Source: Diplonema japonicum
Lineage: Eukaryota; Protista; Euglenozoa: Diplonemea
Length of the DNA: 64,000 bases
Direction: 5' to 3'
Assembly: GCA_964019335.1 (NCBI GenBank)
Contig: OZ025715.1
Location: 310,001 to 374,000, forward strand
In this document: in pieces, positions 23,736 through 34,655 of the stretch
Layout: each line of letters starts with the position of its first letter
How positions within the stretch are numbered: position 1 is the first letter of the stretch
Made by a program: the position numbers and the translations under genes
The notes under the pieces: generated by a model
What the model was told of the DNA's origin: nothing
Seen by the model: only the letters and a program-made list of their open reading frames with translations
Database searches by the model: none

Positions 23736-24893
23736 ATGAAAAACAGGATAAAGCTGATAGGCAGTGTGCTGGTGTGCAATGTCGCACTTGGGTGGTGGGT
23801 TGCATCAGGCGGCGTAGGGACACCAGTACCCCCACCGATATCGACGGTGGCTCACCCTCAAAGACGTGAAATGACGACAACAACCTTTGAAAAAAAATCT
23901 GATGTCGGTGGATGGGAGGCATTGCTCACAGCGGAGGGTAAACTCCATGCAGACGTTTTTCCTGAAGGAACGGAGGTGGCGGACAAGGACCAGAAGCGGA
24001 GAGGCAACAGCTTTCCCTTCCTAACAGGAGACGGCTTTCGAGAGACCGCTGACTGTTACTGCGACGAAACCGAATGCGAGCACGCCAACAGAAGCTGTCG
24101 GATAATCTTTGTAAAAACGGAGAAAATGTCGGACTTCATCCAAAAGTTCATCCCGCACATCAACAGCACCTTCAAACTCATTACACACAACAGCGATTAC
24201 ACCTCTCCCTGGGAGAAGGACAATACACGGGCGAAGCATGGTTTAAGCACAGCTTACCCATACCACACGAGGAGTGTGTTAGAAAACAAGTTTCTTGTGA
24301 AATGGTATGGCCAGAATGCTGCGGTGGTTCATGAGAAGTTTTCACCGCTGCCTATTGGGATTGAAAACAGGTACAATAAGTACGGGAAGGAGGTTCGCAC
24401 ATACTGGGACTGCTACAAGTCGGGCCGTCAAGCGGAGAAGACAAAACTTTTGCTTGCAAACTTCAACCCGAAGACGAATCCGGCTGTCCGTGGTGCAGCG
24501 TTACGTCAGGCAGCGTTGCTCAACACAACACACGCCTCCAAAATCACGATCTCTGTCCAAGGCAAGAAGAAGAAATCGCAGAAGACCGCCCCAGCCGCCA
24601 CCCTTTCCACCTTCGCAAAAGAGGTCTCCCAACACAAATTTTGCCTCGCGCCCTTTGGGCACGGCTTGGACACACACAGGCTGTGGGAAACGCTTATTTT
24701 CTCCTGCATACCCGTGGTGCTAACGTCGCCGATGGACGCCATGTTAAAAGACCTACCTGTGTGGATTGTGAAGACCTGGGAAGAGGTCACAGTCGAGAAC
24801 CTCGAAGCCGAATACGAAAAAATGCAACGGCGGAGGTTCAAATGGAACAGAATGCTGCTCCCCTGGTGGGTGAGCGAAATTAAGAAATTTTAA
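23736..24893 (+). CDS. Exostosin/GT47-like type II membrane glycosyltransferase
   Basis: N-terminal anchor; LITHNSD, PLPIGIEN, KFCLAPFGHGLDTHRLWETL...IPVV. Confidence 0.85.
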   Translation: MKNRIKLIGSVLVCNVALGWWVASGGVGTPVPPPISTVAHPQRREMTTTTFEKKSDVGGWEALLTAEGKLHADVFPEGTEVADKDQKRRGNSFPFLTGDGFRETADCYCDETECEHANRSCRIIFVKTEKMSDFIQKFIPHINSTFKLITHNSDYTSPWEKDNTRAKHGLSTAYPYHTRSVLENKFLVKWYGQNAAVVHEKFSPLPIGIENRYNKYGKEVRTYWDCYKSGRQAEKTKLLLANFNPKTNPAVRGAALRQAALLNTTHASKITISVQGKKKKSQKTAPAATLSTFAKEVSQHKFCLAPFGHGLDTHRLWETLIFSCIPVVLTSPMDAMLKDLPVWIVKTWEEVTVENLEAEYEKMQRRRFKWNRMLLPWWVSEIKKF

Positions 24894-25067
24894 AAAAAAA
24901 AAAAAAAAAAAATCTTTTTTTTTTTTTTTTTTTTGTTCTCCCCTCAAAACAAAACAAAAAAAAAAAAAAACAAGGTGCGACGGTGGAGTGGGTGGGTGGG
25001 AGGCGGGGGAGGGGAGGGGAGGGGGGGAGGAAGAAGAAAAAATTATAAAAGAAAAATATATAATAAA

Positions 25068-25820
25068 ATGTGGTGGTTATTTCGACACCTCCTCAACTGG
25101 ATGCAGCAACAATGTATATCAGCTGTGAGGTTTCTCTTCGCTATCGTCTCGATCAGCATAGGCACCCCCCCGTTCAGGGAGAGCCCCCCCGACGCCCCCC
25201 CAAACGTGGTAATGCGCATCTACAAGATGATAAAAGCAGGAGCACCCATAAACAAAAAGATCTTGGTTTTGGATTTGGACGAGACCTTGGTTCACGCATC
25301 CACTACACCTCAGGACCCAACACATTTCGATGTTCTGGTCCCTACAGGAAGGGGACAGTTCACAGTAATGTACGTTTGTGAACGGCCTTACCTTCAATAT
25401 TTTCTCGCGCACGTATCTCATTGGTTCACAGTTACCATCTTCACAGCCGCTACAAAGGAGTATGCTCTGCCTATTATTCGAGAGCTCGATCGTGAAAAGA
25501 TCATCAAGAAACGTTACTATCGAACCGACTGCAGCTACAGCAGCGGGCAGTATGTGAAGGATCTGTCGAGGCTGTCTGGCTGTCGGGAAGACTTGTTTTC
25601 TAATTATATCATTATCGACAACTTGCCTGCGAGTTACAAGCACAATCCACACAATGCTGTGCCCATTTCGGATTTCAGAGCGGCAAATCACAGCAGCGAC
25701 AAAGAGCTTTTAAAGCTTCTCCCCCTTCTTGAAGCCTTGCAGGCCGTCAAGGACGTTCGGCCGATCCTGGAATTGCGTTCCAACCCTACTAAAAGTTTTG
25801 TTAACCGGATAACACGGTGA
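25068..25820 (+). CDS. HAD-family CTD-type (NIF/FCP1, Dullard-like) phosphatase
   Basis: LVLDLDETLVH, RPYL..FL, FTA...YA, YVKDL and IIDN. Confidence 0.92.
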   Translation: MWWLFRHLLNWMQQQCISAVRFLFAIVSISIGTPPFRESPPDAPPNVVMRIYKMIKAGAPINKKILVLDLDETLVHASTTPQDPTHFDVLVPTGRGQFTVMYVCERPYLQYFLAHVSHWFTVTIFTAATKEYALPIIRELDREKIIKKRYYRTDCSYSSGQYVKDLSRLSGCREDLFSNYIIIDNLPASYKHNPHNAVPISDFRAANHSSDKELLKLLPLLEALQAVKDVRPILELRSNPTKSFVNRITR

Positions 25821-26093
25821 GAGAGAGATGGGGGAGGGGGGGGGGGGGGGGTGAGGGGGGAAAAAAAATAAAAAAATATAAAAATAAAAAAGAGCGTTTA
25901 TTTATTTTATCTTTTTTTTACCCCCCCCACCAATTTTTTTTTTAAAAAAAAGTGTTTTTTTTTTTCGCCCCGTTTTTTTAGGCGTCCTGCCACACACCGC
26001 AGGTATCCTTAAATGTCTCTTTTTTTTTTGTTCATTTTTTTTTTCTCCAAAAACCCGAAAAAAAGCAACTTCACAAAAAAAAAAAAAAAAGAA

Positions 26094-26780
26094 ATGGAGC
26101 TCAAGTGGAAGCATTTCATCGATTCGTCCAAGGGCCTGACACCGTTGGTTATTCTTGGATGCATGCACAAGTATGACAGGATGGAGAGCCCTACAGCGTG
26201 GGCATACTTCGGGATGCACGGGAGCTACGGACTGCTGTGGGTGATGAAGTCGATGGTGTTCCCTGATGCAGCGTGGGAGAGGCCCAACAAGTCCATCATG
26301 ATGAAGGACATCGTGGGGATGAACGTTATGGATATCCTGGCGTGGTTGGCAGGGAGGGGGACCGGGTTGGTTATCTTCTCCTCGTTGGCAGTGTACTGGA
26401 GCAACATTTACCTGATCTGCAAGAACAAGATAGAGGCCCCTGCTTGGGTTCTTGGTGTTGCGTCCTTCGTGTACAGCCTTGGTGTGTTCTTGCACTTCTC
26501 CTCTGACATGCAGAAGCATGTTCGTTTGATGCACAAGAGGGGTCTTATCACAGATATGTTGTTTTCCCGCACGAGGAACCCCAATTATTTGGGGGAGCTG
26601 CTGATCTACGGGTCGTTCTCTTCTATTGCTCTCCACCCCTTCCCGCCTCTTTACCTTCTCCTGAATGTTCTCTGCCTGTGGCTCCCCAACATGCTGAGCA
26701 AGGACAAGTCCATCTCCCGCCACGCTGGCTGGGAGGAGTACTCTGCCCGATCGTGGCTTCTTTTCCCCAAGTTCTTCTGA
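26094..26780 (+). CDS. DUF1295 / steroid 5-alpha-reductase-like membrane protein
   Basis: YFGMHGSYG, SDMQK, GLITD.LFSRTRNPNYLGELLIY. Confidence 0.88.
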   Translation: MELKWKHFIDSSKGLTPLVILGCMHKYDRMESPTAWAYFGMHGSYGLLWVMKSMVFPDAAWERPNKSIMMKDIVGMNVMDILAWLAGRGTGLVIFSSLAVYWSNIYLICKNKIEAPAWVLGVASFVYSLGVFLHFSSDMQKHVRLMHKRGLITDMLFSRTRNPNYLGELLIYGSFSSIALHPFPPLYLLLNVLCLWLPNMLSKDKSISRHAGWEEYSARSWLLFPKFF

Positions 26781-27353
26781 GCAGTGTGATCGGGGGAAGA
26801 AATTAAAAAAAAAAAAAAAAGCAACTGTGCTGCGTGTGGAGTGTTCTTTTGTTTCTTTTTCTTTTTAAAAAAAACCTTTTTTTTTTTTCATTTCTCTCTT
26901 TTTTTTTTTCCATCCTCACCCACTTTTTTTTTCCGATTTTCTTTCTTTTTTTTTCCCTTCATTGTTTTTTTTTTTTTGATTATGGGGGGGAGGGGGGGAA
27001 GAACATAGCCTCTCCATCAATGGTGGGAAACTTACAAGCACAACGATTTTTTTTTTTTGCACCAAGTACTGCTTAGTTTCTTGTAAGAGAAAGAAAAAGA
27101 AAAAAAAAACTGCACATGGCACCCCCGTTTTCAAAAGAAAAGGGGAAAAAAAAACAAAAACAAAAAAAAAAAAAGAGAAATTCTTTCCGGTTCCCCTCTC
27201 CGACGTGATGGAAGAGGGAAGCGCCTTTCTTCCTCGTAATCAATTATTCCCTTTTTTTTTTTCTTTTTTTTTCTTTCAATTGCCGCTTTATCCCCCCTCC
27301 AATATACAATAAAACAAGAAGAAAAAAAAAAAAAAAGAGAACAAAAAAAAACA

Positions 27354-28385
27354 ATGGAAGAAGAGTCGAATACCACAATGGGCACTTGCTCGGTATGCCT
27401 TGGAGGCTTACTAGCGGTGCGAGGCGACACTCTTGCTACAACGAAGTGTGGTCATGTGTACCACTTTAACTGCATTCTACAGAGCCTGGAGTATATGAAA
27501 AAATGCCCAAACTGTAACGCGAAGCTCTGTGAGGAGACCCTCCACAAAATCGCACCTTCGTACCTACAAAACGAGGAAAGAGAAGCCGTCAGCACCAACC
27601 CCGAGACATACAACGAAGGTGACATCGCAGAATTCAAAAGAACCATCCACACTTTGGAAGGCCATGTGAAACGACTCAAGATCGAGTTAAAAACTGCAGA
27701 CGACACCTTAAAAAATCACAAAACCGAAATCGAAAAGTACAAAGACAAACTGTTCACCGTCCACAACAAACTGGTTACCTCAACACGGGACAATGCCGGA
27801 CTATGGGACAACATAAAAAGCAGCGATCGGGAAATAGAACAGCTTCACGAGATAATCACAAGAGGAAGGTACAAAGAACGCCTTGAAGGAACAAGCGCTG
27901 AGGATATCGCAGACGAAGTCTTCACTGCCGACGACACTGTGAAGAACAACTACATCAAAGATCTTGTTTCCTTATTGAAAACTGAGAAACAAAAAGTAGA
28001 TGCCGCCACCACCGAAGCCGCGTTGCTCCAAGAGGATGTCCACCGGTATAAGTCCAAAGCTATGAAATACAAACGGGCCCAATGCAAAGACACAAAGCCC
28101 TCTTTGAAACGCTCCATCGCCGAGGCCGAGTCTCGCTTGGAGGTACGGTCGCTCGCTCCAGCGCTGCAGCTGGAGCCCCCGTCCACCCCTCTGCCGGAAG
28201 GCCTCGCGATGGAACGCCACCCGTCTTCAAAGCGGAAGAAATCGCTTATCTCAAACACCCCTGTCGAAGGGTTCGAAGCATCTGCCTTCAAACCTGGCGA
28301 ACGATACGATTTTGAACGCGAAGTGAAACAAACAAGCGCCCCAGTCCTGCGTCAGGGGAAGCTGGCAAGGTACATGGCAAAGTGA
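27354..28385 (+). CDS. RING finger plus coiled-coil protein (TRAIP-like architecture)
   Basis: CSVC...CGHVYH..C........CPNC followed by coiled coil. Confidence 0.85.
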   Translation: MEEESNTTMGTCSVCLGGLLAVRGDTLATTKCGHVYHFNCILQSLEYMKKCPNCNAKLCEETLHKIAPSYLQNEEREAVSTNPETYNEGDIAEFKRTIHTLEGHVKRLKIELKTADDTLKNHKTEIEKYKDKLFTVHNKLVTSTRDNAGLWDNIKSSDREIEQLHEIITRGRYKERLEGTSAEDIADEVFTADDTVKNNYIKDLVSLLKTEKQKVDAATTEAALLQEDVHRYKSKAMKYKRAQCKDTKPSLKRSIAEAESRLEVRSLAPALQLEPPSTPLPEGLAMERHPSSKRKKSLISNTPVEGFEASAFKPGERYDFEREVKQTSAPVLRQGKLARYMAK

Positions 28386-28491
28386 ATACTGGTAGAAATC
28401 GGGTGAGGGGTATATATATATATTTTCTCTCTTTTTTGTTTTTTTCTTCCCCCATTCTTGATAAAAAAAAAAAGAAAAAAGACCCCCCTCA

Positions 28492-29901
28492 ATGCACAAG
28501 CACACAGTTGAGGAGCAGAGGGAGTACCTCAAGACATCCGGGGCCCTCCACCTTTTGAACTACTGCGTCGAACTAACCAAGGAGTACACCCCGAGAAACC
28601 CGAGAAAACTAATATTGGGCGTTTTGAAAAGGGAAAATGGACTCGTCTTGAACAAGGAAGAACTGGTTCACTTTGTGAATGTCTCCACTAATGTGAATAG
28701 CGACTTTCTAGTGAAGACACTGTCGCTGAGTGTAGCACAGGATGCAACGTGCACGGACCCTGTGTGGCACACCATCGCGTTGAGGTCTGCCGGGCTGCTG
28801 GTGAACACATGCAATCTGAAAAGACTTCGCACTATCCTCATTGACCCATCTTTGAAAGCAGCCCCTCCTCTGGTGTCTCTTATCATACACCTGACCCTTT
28901 CCATTGCCAAAGCCAAATCGGTTACAACAGCCATCGAAGTATCTATCATCGTCCCTGTAACAACCGACACATATTCAAAATTTTTCGACACTCCAGAACA
29001 CCCCCGTGGGCAAGGGCTTGTTAGGGAGCAGTTGAAGCAGATCAAACCGATGCGAACCGCCAACTCCTTGATAAGTTTGAAGCTGCTTTACGTCGATACC
29101 TCGTGTGAAGGGACTGGTCAAGAGGCTGCGCGCCGTGCCAAGGCGATGCTGTCGGGTCAGGACCAGAAAGTGGTTGACGTCCTGCACGACCCGCAACCCG
29201 TAGCGTCTGTTATGGAGTGTTACAAATCGGGTATGAAGCATTGCTCGGATAGCAACAGACACGCTGTTCTAGCTGTTGATAACACAGCGGTGCATTTGGG
29301 TCTTCTTGGAGCTTGTCTTGAATCGCTTTCGGCTGATCACAATGTTGTGACCTACAACGTGTCGGATCCACAGTCTTACCCGCCTTACGCGGTTTCGCGT
29401 GGGGAGCTGGTGTCGTGCTTTGTATGGAAATGCGTGTACCCTGAGCTTCCGGGGCAAACAGTTTCATTAAAATCGCCGTTGTTCGGGGTCTCGAGGAGAA
29501 TGTGCGGTTTTAACGGGTATATCAGCGAGACAGAGGCAACGCTGAAGCTTGAGATCTGTTTGCATGCGGGGTTTCAATACAAGTCGGGGCCTGCGCCTGC
29601 ACACCCGATATTCCAGTTTTCCAAGGAACTGCCTTACGACATGGACCCGCCGCACCTTCTTTGTTTAAAATACTATCTATCCCTTGCGGCAGGCATCGCA
29701 CAGGTGTACCCTGATTCATGTGCTGCAAGGTCTGCGAACTGGATCGAATGGGCGTCAGGTCTCACCCCAGCCAAATGGCAACGCGTGCTCGATACAGTAG
29801 CTGCTGTCACCATCGCCTCAAAGCATCCCTCGCAATTTTTCTCGCTTGACTTCCAACCGTCACACCTCACCCCTGAAGGACCTCGCCGATTCCGATGCTG
29901 A
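28492..29901 (+). CDS. Hypothetical protein with docking-domain-like N-terminus and degenerate GT-A-like region
   Basis: 469-aa ORF; may extend to 29971 through a frameshift near 29870. Confidence 0.7.
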   Translation: MHKHTVEEQREYLKTSGALHLLNYCVELTKEYTPRNPRKLILGVLKRENGLVLNKEELVHFVNVSTNVNSDFLVKTLSLSVAQDATCTDPVWHTIALRSAGLLVNTCNLKRLRTILIDPSLKAAPPLVSLIIHLTLSIAKAKSVTTAIEVSIIVPVTTDTYSKFFDTPEHPRGQGLVREQLKQIKPMRTANSLISLKLLYVDTSCEGTGQEAARRAKAMLSGQDQKVVDVLHDPQPVASVMECYKSGMKHCSDSNRHAVLAVDNTAVHLGLLGACLESLSADHNVVTYNVSDPQSYPPYAVSRGELVSCFVWKCVYPELPGQTVSLKSPLFGVSRRMCGFNGYISETEATLKLEICLHAGFQYKSGPAPAHPIFQFSKELPYDMDPPHLLCLKYYLSLAAGIAQVYPDSCAARSANWIEWASGLTPAKWQRVLDTVAAVTIASKHPSQFFSLDFQPSHLTPEGPRRFRC

Positions 29902-30082
29902 TAAGGCGAACAGTATCATCACAGCTTACTCCGCTGCCACTTCACCTGTCCGAACGCAGCCACGGCATTAAGAAAACAAACGAGGCTTCCGCCTTTTACC
30001 TTAATTTAGGTGTCTACCCTCCACAGTCCCGATCACCACTTCAGGAAATAGTGAAAAGAAGAACGGGAAAAAAAAAAGAAAA

Positions 30083-31279
30083 ATGAGTGGTGGTGAACCC
30101 ACAGAGGAAGACGCGTTGTATGATGAAAGGTATTCATATGACATGATCTCTGTTGCGGAGGAGGAAGGGCCCATTGACGTTGCCACGGCAGCAAAGTACG
30201 AGTGGTACAGGGAGGCCGAGGAGGATCTGAAGAGGTACATGCAAACACTGCAACAGGAGGAGGAAAGCATCGATGACGAATGCGAGGAGACCGGGTCTCC
30301 TGCCTCTTCTGAAAAGGAGGTAGAAGCCGGGGACTTCTTGGAACAGAACAGATCCTGCTCATATGGAGGCTGGGAAGACGACACCCTCGACCAGTGGGCG
30401 GTAGAAAAGGTCCTGAAGAGATCCCGCAAGGGCGGTGAGACGTACTATCAAATCAAATGGCTGAACCACCCCGACACAACATGGGAAACACAGGAAGACC
30501 TCATCGAAGAAGGCCACGAGCCGTATTTAAACGAGTTCAACGCGGTTAAAACAATCAAGAAGACGGTCAAAGCGACACCGCGGTTCAAGATGCACACCTT
30601 CGACCCGGCAACCTTTTGGCCGGACTACAAGGACAGGATCCAAACCGCCTTCGACAACGTCGGCTTCACAGCGACAAAGATCTTCAACATCTGCAGGGGG
30701 GACCTTGGGGAAAAGTTCGCGAGCAAAATATCAACTGAAAACGTCCCGGTTCAACTGTTCCACGGCACGAAGGGGATGTTCATAGACAAGATCATCGAAG
30801 GGGGTTTGAAGATCCCGGGAAGGTCAGGGGTTCGAGTTGTCAATGGAAGTGCTTATGGTGTCGGGATCTATACTGGGGTCACACCTTCGATGTCGCACTA
30901 CTATGCTAGCTGTACAGGCTACATGTTTGTATGTGCTGGCATCGTCTCGGGCGAGTACCAAACAAGCGTCAAACGGCCAGGGAACATGGTCGTGTTCTTC
31001 GACGATACTCTTGTTCTTCCTTGCTTCCTTGTTGCCTACACACCCCACCGTAGCATTCCTCCTGTGAATGCTGCCGTTTTGCCAGTCTCAGAGTTGAGGG
31101 GAAGCGGCGATTTGCCGAACGCTCCGCTGGTTGCATCACTGTCGTCGGGTGAGAAGGACAAGCTTGCTGCGTTCAGCTACAAGCTTACAAAGAAGCAGCT
31201 TCGTGCTGCCCCGCGTGCTGCAAAGGAGGCTTACAAGAACGGGGAATGCCATCAGAAAAGATCATCCAAGAGAAAGTAA
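30083..31279 (+). CDS. Chromodomain plus PARP-catalytic-like protein
   Basis: WAVEKVL...YQIKW...TTWE (chromo); LFHGT...GSAYGVGIYT......Y...MFVC (PARP-like). Confidence 0.85.
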   Translation: MSGGEPTEEDALYDERYSYDMISVAEEEGPIDVATAAKYEWYREAEEDLKRYMQTLQQEEESIDDECEETGSPASSEKEVEAGDFLEQNRSCSYGGWEDDTLDQWAVEKVLKRSRKGGETYYQIKWLNHPDTTWETQEDLIEEGHEPYLNEFNAVKTIKKTVKATPRFKMHTFDPATFWPDYKDRIQTAFDNVGFTATKIFNICRGDLGEKFASKISTENVPVQLFHGTKGMFIDKIIEGGLKIPGRSGVRVVNGSAYGVGIYTGVTPSMSHYYASCTGYMFVCAGIVSGEYQTSVKRPGNMVVFFDDTLVLPCFLVAYTPHRSIPPVNAAVLPVSELRGSGDLPNAPLVASLSSGEKDKLAAFSYKLTKKQLRAAPRAAKEAYKNGECHQKRSSKRK

Positions 31280-31990
31280 CCTGTTCCCCCCACCCACCCG
31301 TCCACCAACACTTTTTCTTTCTTTGGCCCCGATATTTCCCCCCTTTTTTTTTTGTATTGCTAACCCAAATGGAATAGGGAGGAAATAAGGTAGTAAGGTA
31401 AGCCCCCCTCCCTCCCTGTGGTTTGAAGAAATCTTTTCGATTTCTTGATGGGGAACTGACAATCTTATCTTCCATCAACCGTATTTTTACGAGAAAGCCT
31501 CACCTCTGTGCAGCTGTGGCAGCGAGTCAGCGAGATGGACGACGAGAGAAGCGGTCGTTGGGGGTCTTGCTGAAGAGGTGGCTGCCTAACAGGGATGGCC
31601 TTTCGTTGAAGGTTTACTCGACCTTGACCAGACCGGCTGTGGCAAGGATCTGATTCACAGCAGGTCGTCTTTTGGAATGGAAGCTCCAATCACCGGCCGT
31701 TGATACCGTATGGTGTGTGGGATCATCAGCTGTGCAGTCTTCACGGTGCGCCCTCGTGTGTGGGGAAGCAACTGGACGTTCGTGATGGTGTGAGGGGCTC
31801 GTCTCTCGCGTGCGACGGAACGCGCTCTGTGGGAGTGTGCGCCACGAGAGCTGCCCTGAAACAGGGGATATAGCGGATGTTTCTCGCACACAAATGCCGT
31901 CCATCTCATCGCGACAAAGTACCACCGCAGGCACCAGACAGCAACCGCAGCACGGTGACCGATTAGTGTGAATTTCTAAGTGAACGTGAA

Positions 31991-32300
31991 CAGTGAGCAC
32001 CACCGCACACCGAAACTTATCAGGTTTTTAGTTTTCTCTCTTTTTAAACAACGTTTTTGTTCATTCTTTTTTTTATAAGGGAGTACCAAGACAACAGGGC
32101 AAGCTTTCTGTACCTCCAACCCACCAAGTGGGAGCGACCCAGCAAGTCGAAAAAGATTCCCCTTTCTGAGTTCCAACCCCTCAGGAAATGAACGCTTTTT
32201 CTTGGGTATAATACACCATTAATATTGTTCGTCGGTTTCCATGGAACCACCATAACCCACAGCACAACACAGCACACTTCACCACCTGCACAATAACATG
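31991..32300 (+). repeat. About 310-bp upstream leader, inverted copy at 37626-37952
   Basis: Reverse-complement match that ends exactly at ...CACAATAAC-ATG in both copies; extra match 31825-31870 with 37969-38013. Confidence 0.9.
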
Positions 32301-34526
32301 GATATGGATCCGTCGGTGAAGCTTCAAAAGTACGAGCAAGGGAAGTGCCTCGGGTCCGGTGGACAGGGGTCAGTGTACAAGACGGTGAGGAGGGTGGATG
32401 GAGGTATCTTTGCGATGAAGGTGTTGGAGGCTCCTGCAGAAAAGCACAAAAGGAACGTGATGGAAGTACAGCACATGCTGAAGCTGAGCCACAAGAACCT
32501 GATTCCCTGCCTTGACTACTTCGAGACGACAAAGCAAGTGTCAGAGGAACCCCCTGAGAAGGTGTGGCAGGTTCACATCGTGATGCCCCTGTATGCAAAA
32601 GGGGACCTCCACTCACACATCCTCAAGGAGGGACCCCTCTCTCAGGAGAGGGCGGAAAGGCTCTTGCGGGAGATGGGTGAGGTCCTTCACTACATTCACA
32701 GTGAGGGCTTCATCCACAGGGACGTGAAACCCCTGAACATCATGGTGTCGGGGAAGGTGGGGACCACACCCCTTTCTGCGTCTGGTGTTGGCGGGGAGGC
32801 AGAGTTCATCCTTGCAGACTTGGGACTGTCGAAGGAGGTGTCCTCTGATGGGGCAGCAAGTACTCTTGTGGGCACGCCAGTCTTCATGGCACCCGACATT
32901 AGGGACGACAAGTACACCAACAAAGTGGACATGTGGGCCCTCGGGGTGACTGTGTGTCACGTGGTTCTCCAAAAAGGCCTGAGGGACCTCTTTCTGAAAT
33001 ACCTGCACGAGAACCGGGAGCTTGTGATGGGAAAGCTTCGGACTCACCTCCCCCATGCCCTCGGGGCACCGCTTTGTGAGGTTGTGCTCCGCCTCCTCTC
33101 CACTGACCCTTTGGAACGCCCCAGTGCCTCTGAGATGCTGCAGACGGGACTGACTGGAATAGTTATGGTTCTTCTTGCGATTGGGAGTGTTGGCGGAGAT
33201 GAGAGGAAAAGGAAGCTCTTCGTGGCGGTTGGAGCAGGAGCTGAAGAGGTTCGGGTGGCGGCAGCAAAGGCCTTCTCTTCTGGGGGGCAGGAGCTCCTCA
33301 GGGTTCGCAGGTTGGAGGTGTTCGACAAGGACTTCGGGGAGTTCGTGGAGGAGGACGACGAAAAGATTGTGTTCGAGGACAAGGGACAGGTCCGTGTCGT
33401 GTTTGAAGAACCACTCCCAACCACCACTTCTTCAACCATCAGTGACAGCAGGGATGCACCGCCTTGCGAAAGCAGCAGTACCGTCTTGTCCATTATAGAT
33501 GACGAAGGTGAGACGCCGCTTCATAAAGCAGCAGGCAACGGACAACTCTATGGCAAGGACAAAGGCATTATTCATTGGGAAGGCGACAGGAGGGCCAACA
33601 GGCAGCAGAACCGAGCCCCCGGAGGTCCAAGGTACGAGATCGGCAGCTCTGTCCGAGCTCTCGTGAGGCTCGAGGGTGACAGCAACCAGGTGGTGAAGTT
33701 GGGTGCCATCGGGAAGGTGACCGCTCTGCCCGGAGCCAACAGCACTGTCGAGCACGGTGCTGTTGCGGAGGTTATCATCAACGGCGTGCGTTTCGACGCC
33801 CAGCCTGACATGATCGCACCCGCCGACAGGCCCGCCCCCAACACCAGGGACCAGCCCCGAAGAGACCAGGGTGGCCGTCCGGACCCCGCTGGCAAGGAGG
33901 AGCGCTGCAAGGATCCCACGGACCCCAGGGGTCCAAGGTACGAGATCGGCAGCTCTGTCCGAGCTCTCGTGAGGCTCGAGGGTGACAGCAACCAGGTGGT
34001 GAAGATGGGTGCCATCGGGAAGGTGACCGCTCTGCCCGGAGCCAGCAGCACTGTCGAGCACGGTGCTGTTGCGGAGGTTATCATCAACGGCGTGCGTTTC
34101 GACGCCCAGCCGGACATGATCGCACCCGCCGACAGGCCCGTCCCCAACACCAGGGACCAGCCCCGAAGAGACCAGGGTGGCCGTCCGGACCCCGCTGGCA
34201 AGGAAGAGCGCCGCAAGGACCCCACGGACCCCAGGGGTCCAAGGTACGAGATCGGCAGCTCTGTCCGAGCTCTCGTGAGGCTCGAGGGTGACAGCAACCA
34301 GGTGGTGAAGTTGGGTGCCATCGGGAAGGTGACCGCTCTGCCCGGAGCCAACAGCACTGTCGAGCACGGTGCTGTTGCGGAGGTTATCATCAACGGCGTG
34401 CGTTTCGACGCCCAGCCGGACATGATCGCACCCGCCGACAGGCCCGCCCCCAACACCAGGGACCAGCCCAATAACTGCGATGAGACACCACTTCAGCAGC
34501 ACGTTACGGACACCTCGCGACAGTAA
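32298..34526 (+). CDS. Ser/Thr (NEK-like) kinase fused to an ankyrin fragment and 3 tandem 102-aa repeats; possibly a pseudogene
   Basis: GSGGQG, AMK, HRDVKPLN, DLG, GTPVFMAP and DMWALG; ETPLHKAAGNGQL; ankyrin units continue out of frame after the stop. Confidence 0.8.
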   Translation: MDMDPSVKLQKYEQGKCLGSGGQGSVYKTVRRVDGGIFAMKVLEAPAEKHKRNVMEVQHMLKLSHKNLIPCLDYFETTKQVSEEPPEKVWQVHIVMPLYAKGDLHSHILKEGPLSQERAERLLREMGEVLHYIHSEGFIHRDVKPLNIMVSGKVGTTPLSASGVGGEAEFILADLGLSKEVSSDGAASTLVGTPVFMAPDIRDDKYTNKVDMWALGVTVCHVVLQKGLRDLFLKYLHENRELVMGKLRTHLPHALGAPLCEVVLRLLSTDPLERPSASEMLQTGLTGIVMVLLAIGSVGGDERKRKLFVAVGAGAEEVRVAAAKAFSSGGQELLRVRRLEVFDKDFGEFVEEDDEKIVFEDKGQVRVVFEEPLPTTTSSTISDSRDAPPCESSSTVLSIIDDEGETPLHKAAGNGQLYGKDKGIIHWEGDRRANRQQNRAPGGPRYEIGSSVRALVRLEGDSNQVVKLGAIGKVTALPGANSTVEHGAVAEVIINGVRFDAQPDMIAPADRPAPNTRDQPRRDQGGRPDPAGKEERCKDPTDPRGPRYEIGSSVRALVRLEGDSNQVVKMGAIGKVTALPGASSTVEHGAVAEVIINGVRFDAQPDMIAPADRPVPNTRDQPRRDQGGRPDPAGKEERRKDPTDPRGPRYEIGSSVRALVRLEGDSNQVVKLGAIGKVTALPGANSTVEHGAVAEVIINGVRFDAQPDMIAPADRPAPNTRDQPNNCDETPLQQHVTDTSRQ
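33624..34469 (+). repeat. 306-bp tandem repeat x about 2.8
   Basis: ggtccaaggtacgagatc at 33624, 33930 and 34236. Confidence 0.95.
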
Positions 34527-34655
34527 AATATCTCATCGAAACTCACGGGCAAGACCCTGGTGTCAAAGACGACAAGGGTGAGACACCACTTCATAAGGCA
34601 ACATATAGCAGACAACTCGAGACAGTAAAATTTCTCGTCGAAACTTGCGGGCAAA
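34470..34655 (+). pseudogene. Decayed ankyrin repeats carrying two empty target sites
   Basis: gacagtaaaatatCTCATCGAAACtcacgggc and gacagtaaaatttCTCGTCGAAACttgcgggc are uninterrupted. Confidence 0.8.

Noticed and set aside
33432-34502. Long antisense ORFs over the kinase repeats
   Set aside because: Shadow frames of a GC-rich 306-bp tandem repeat.
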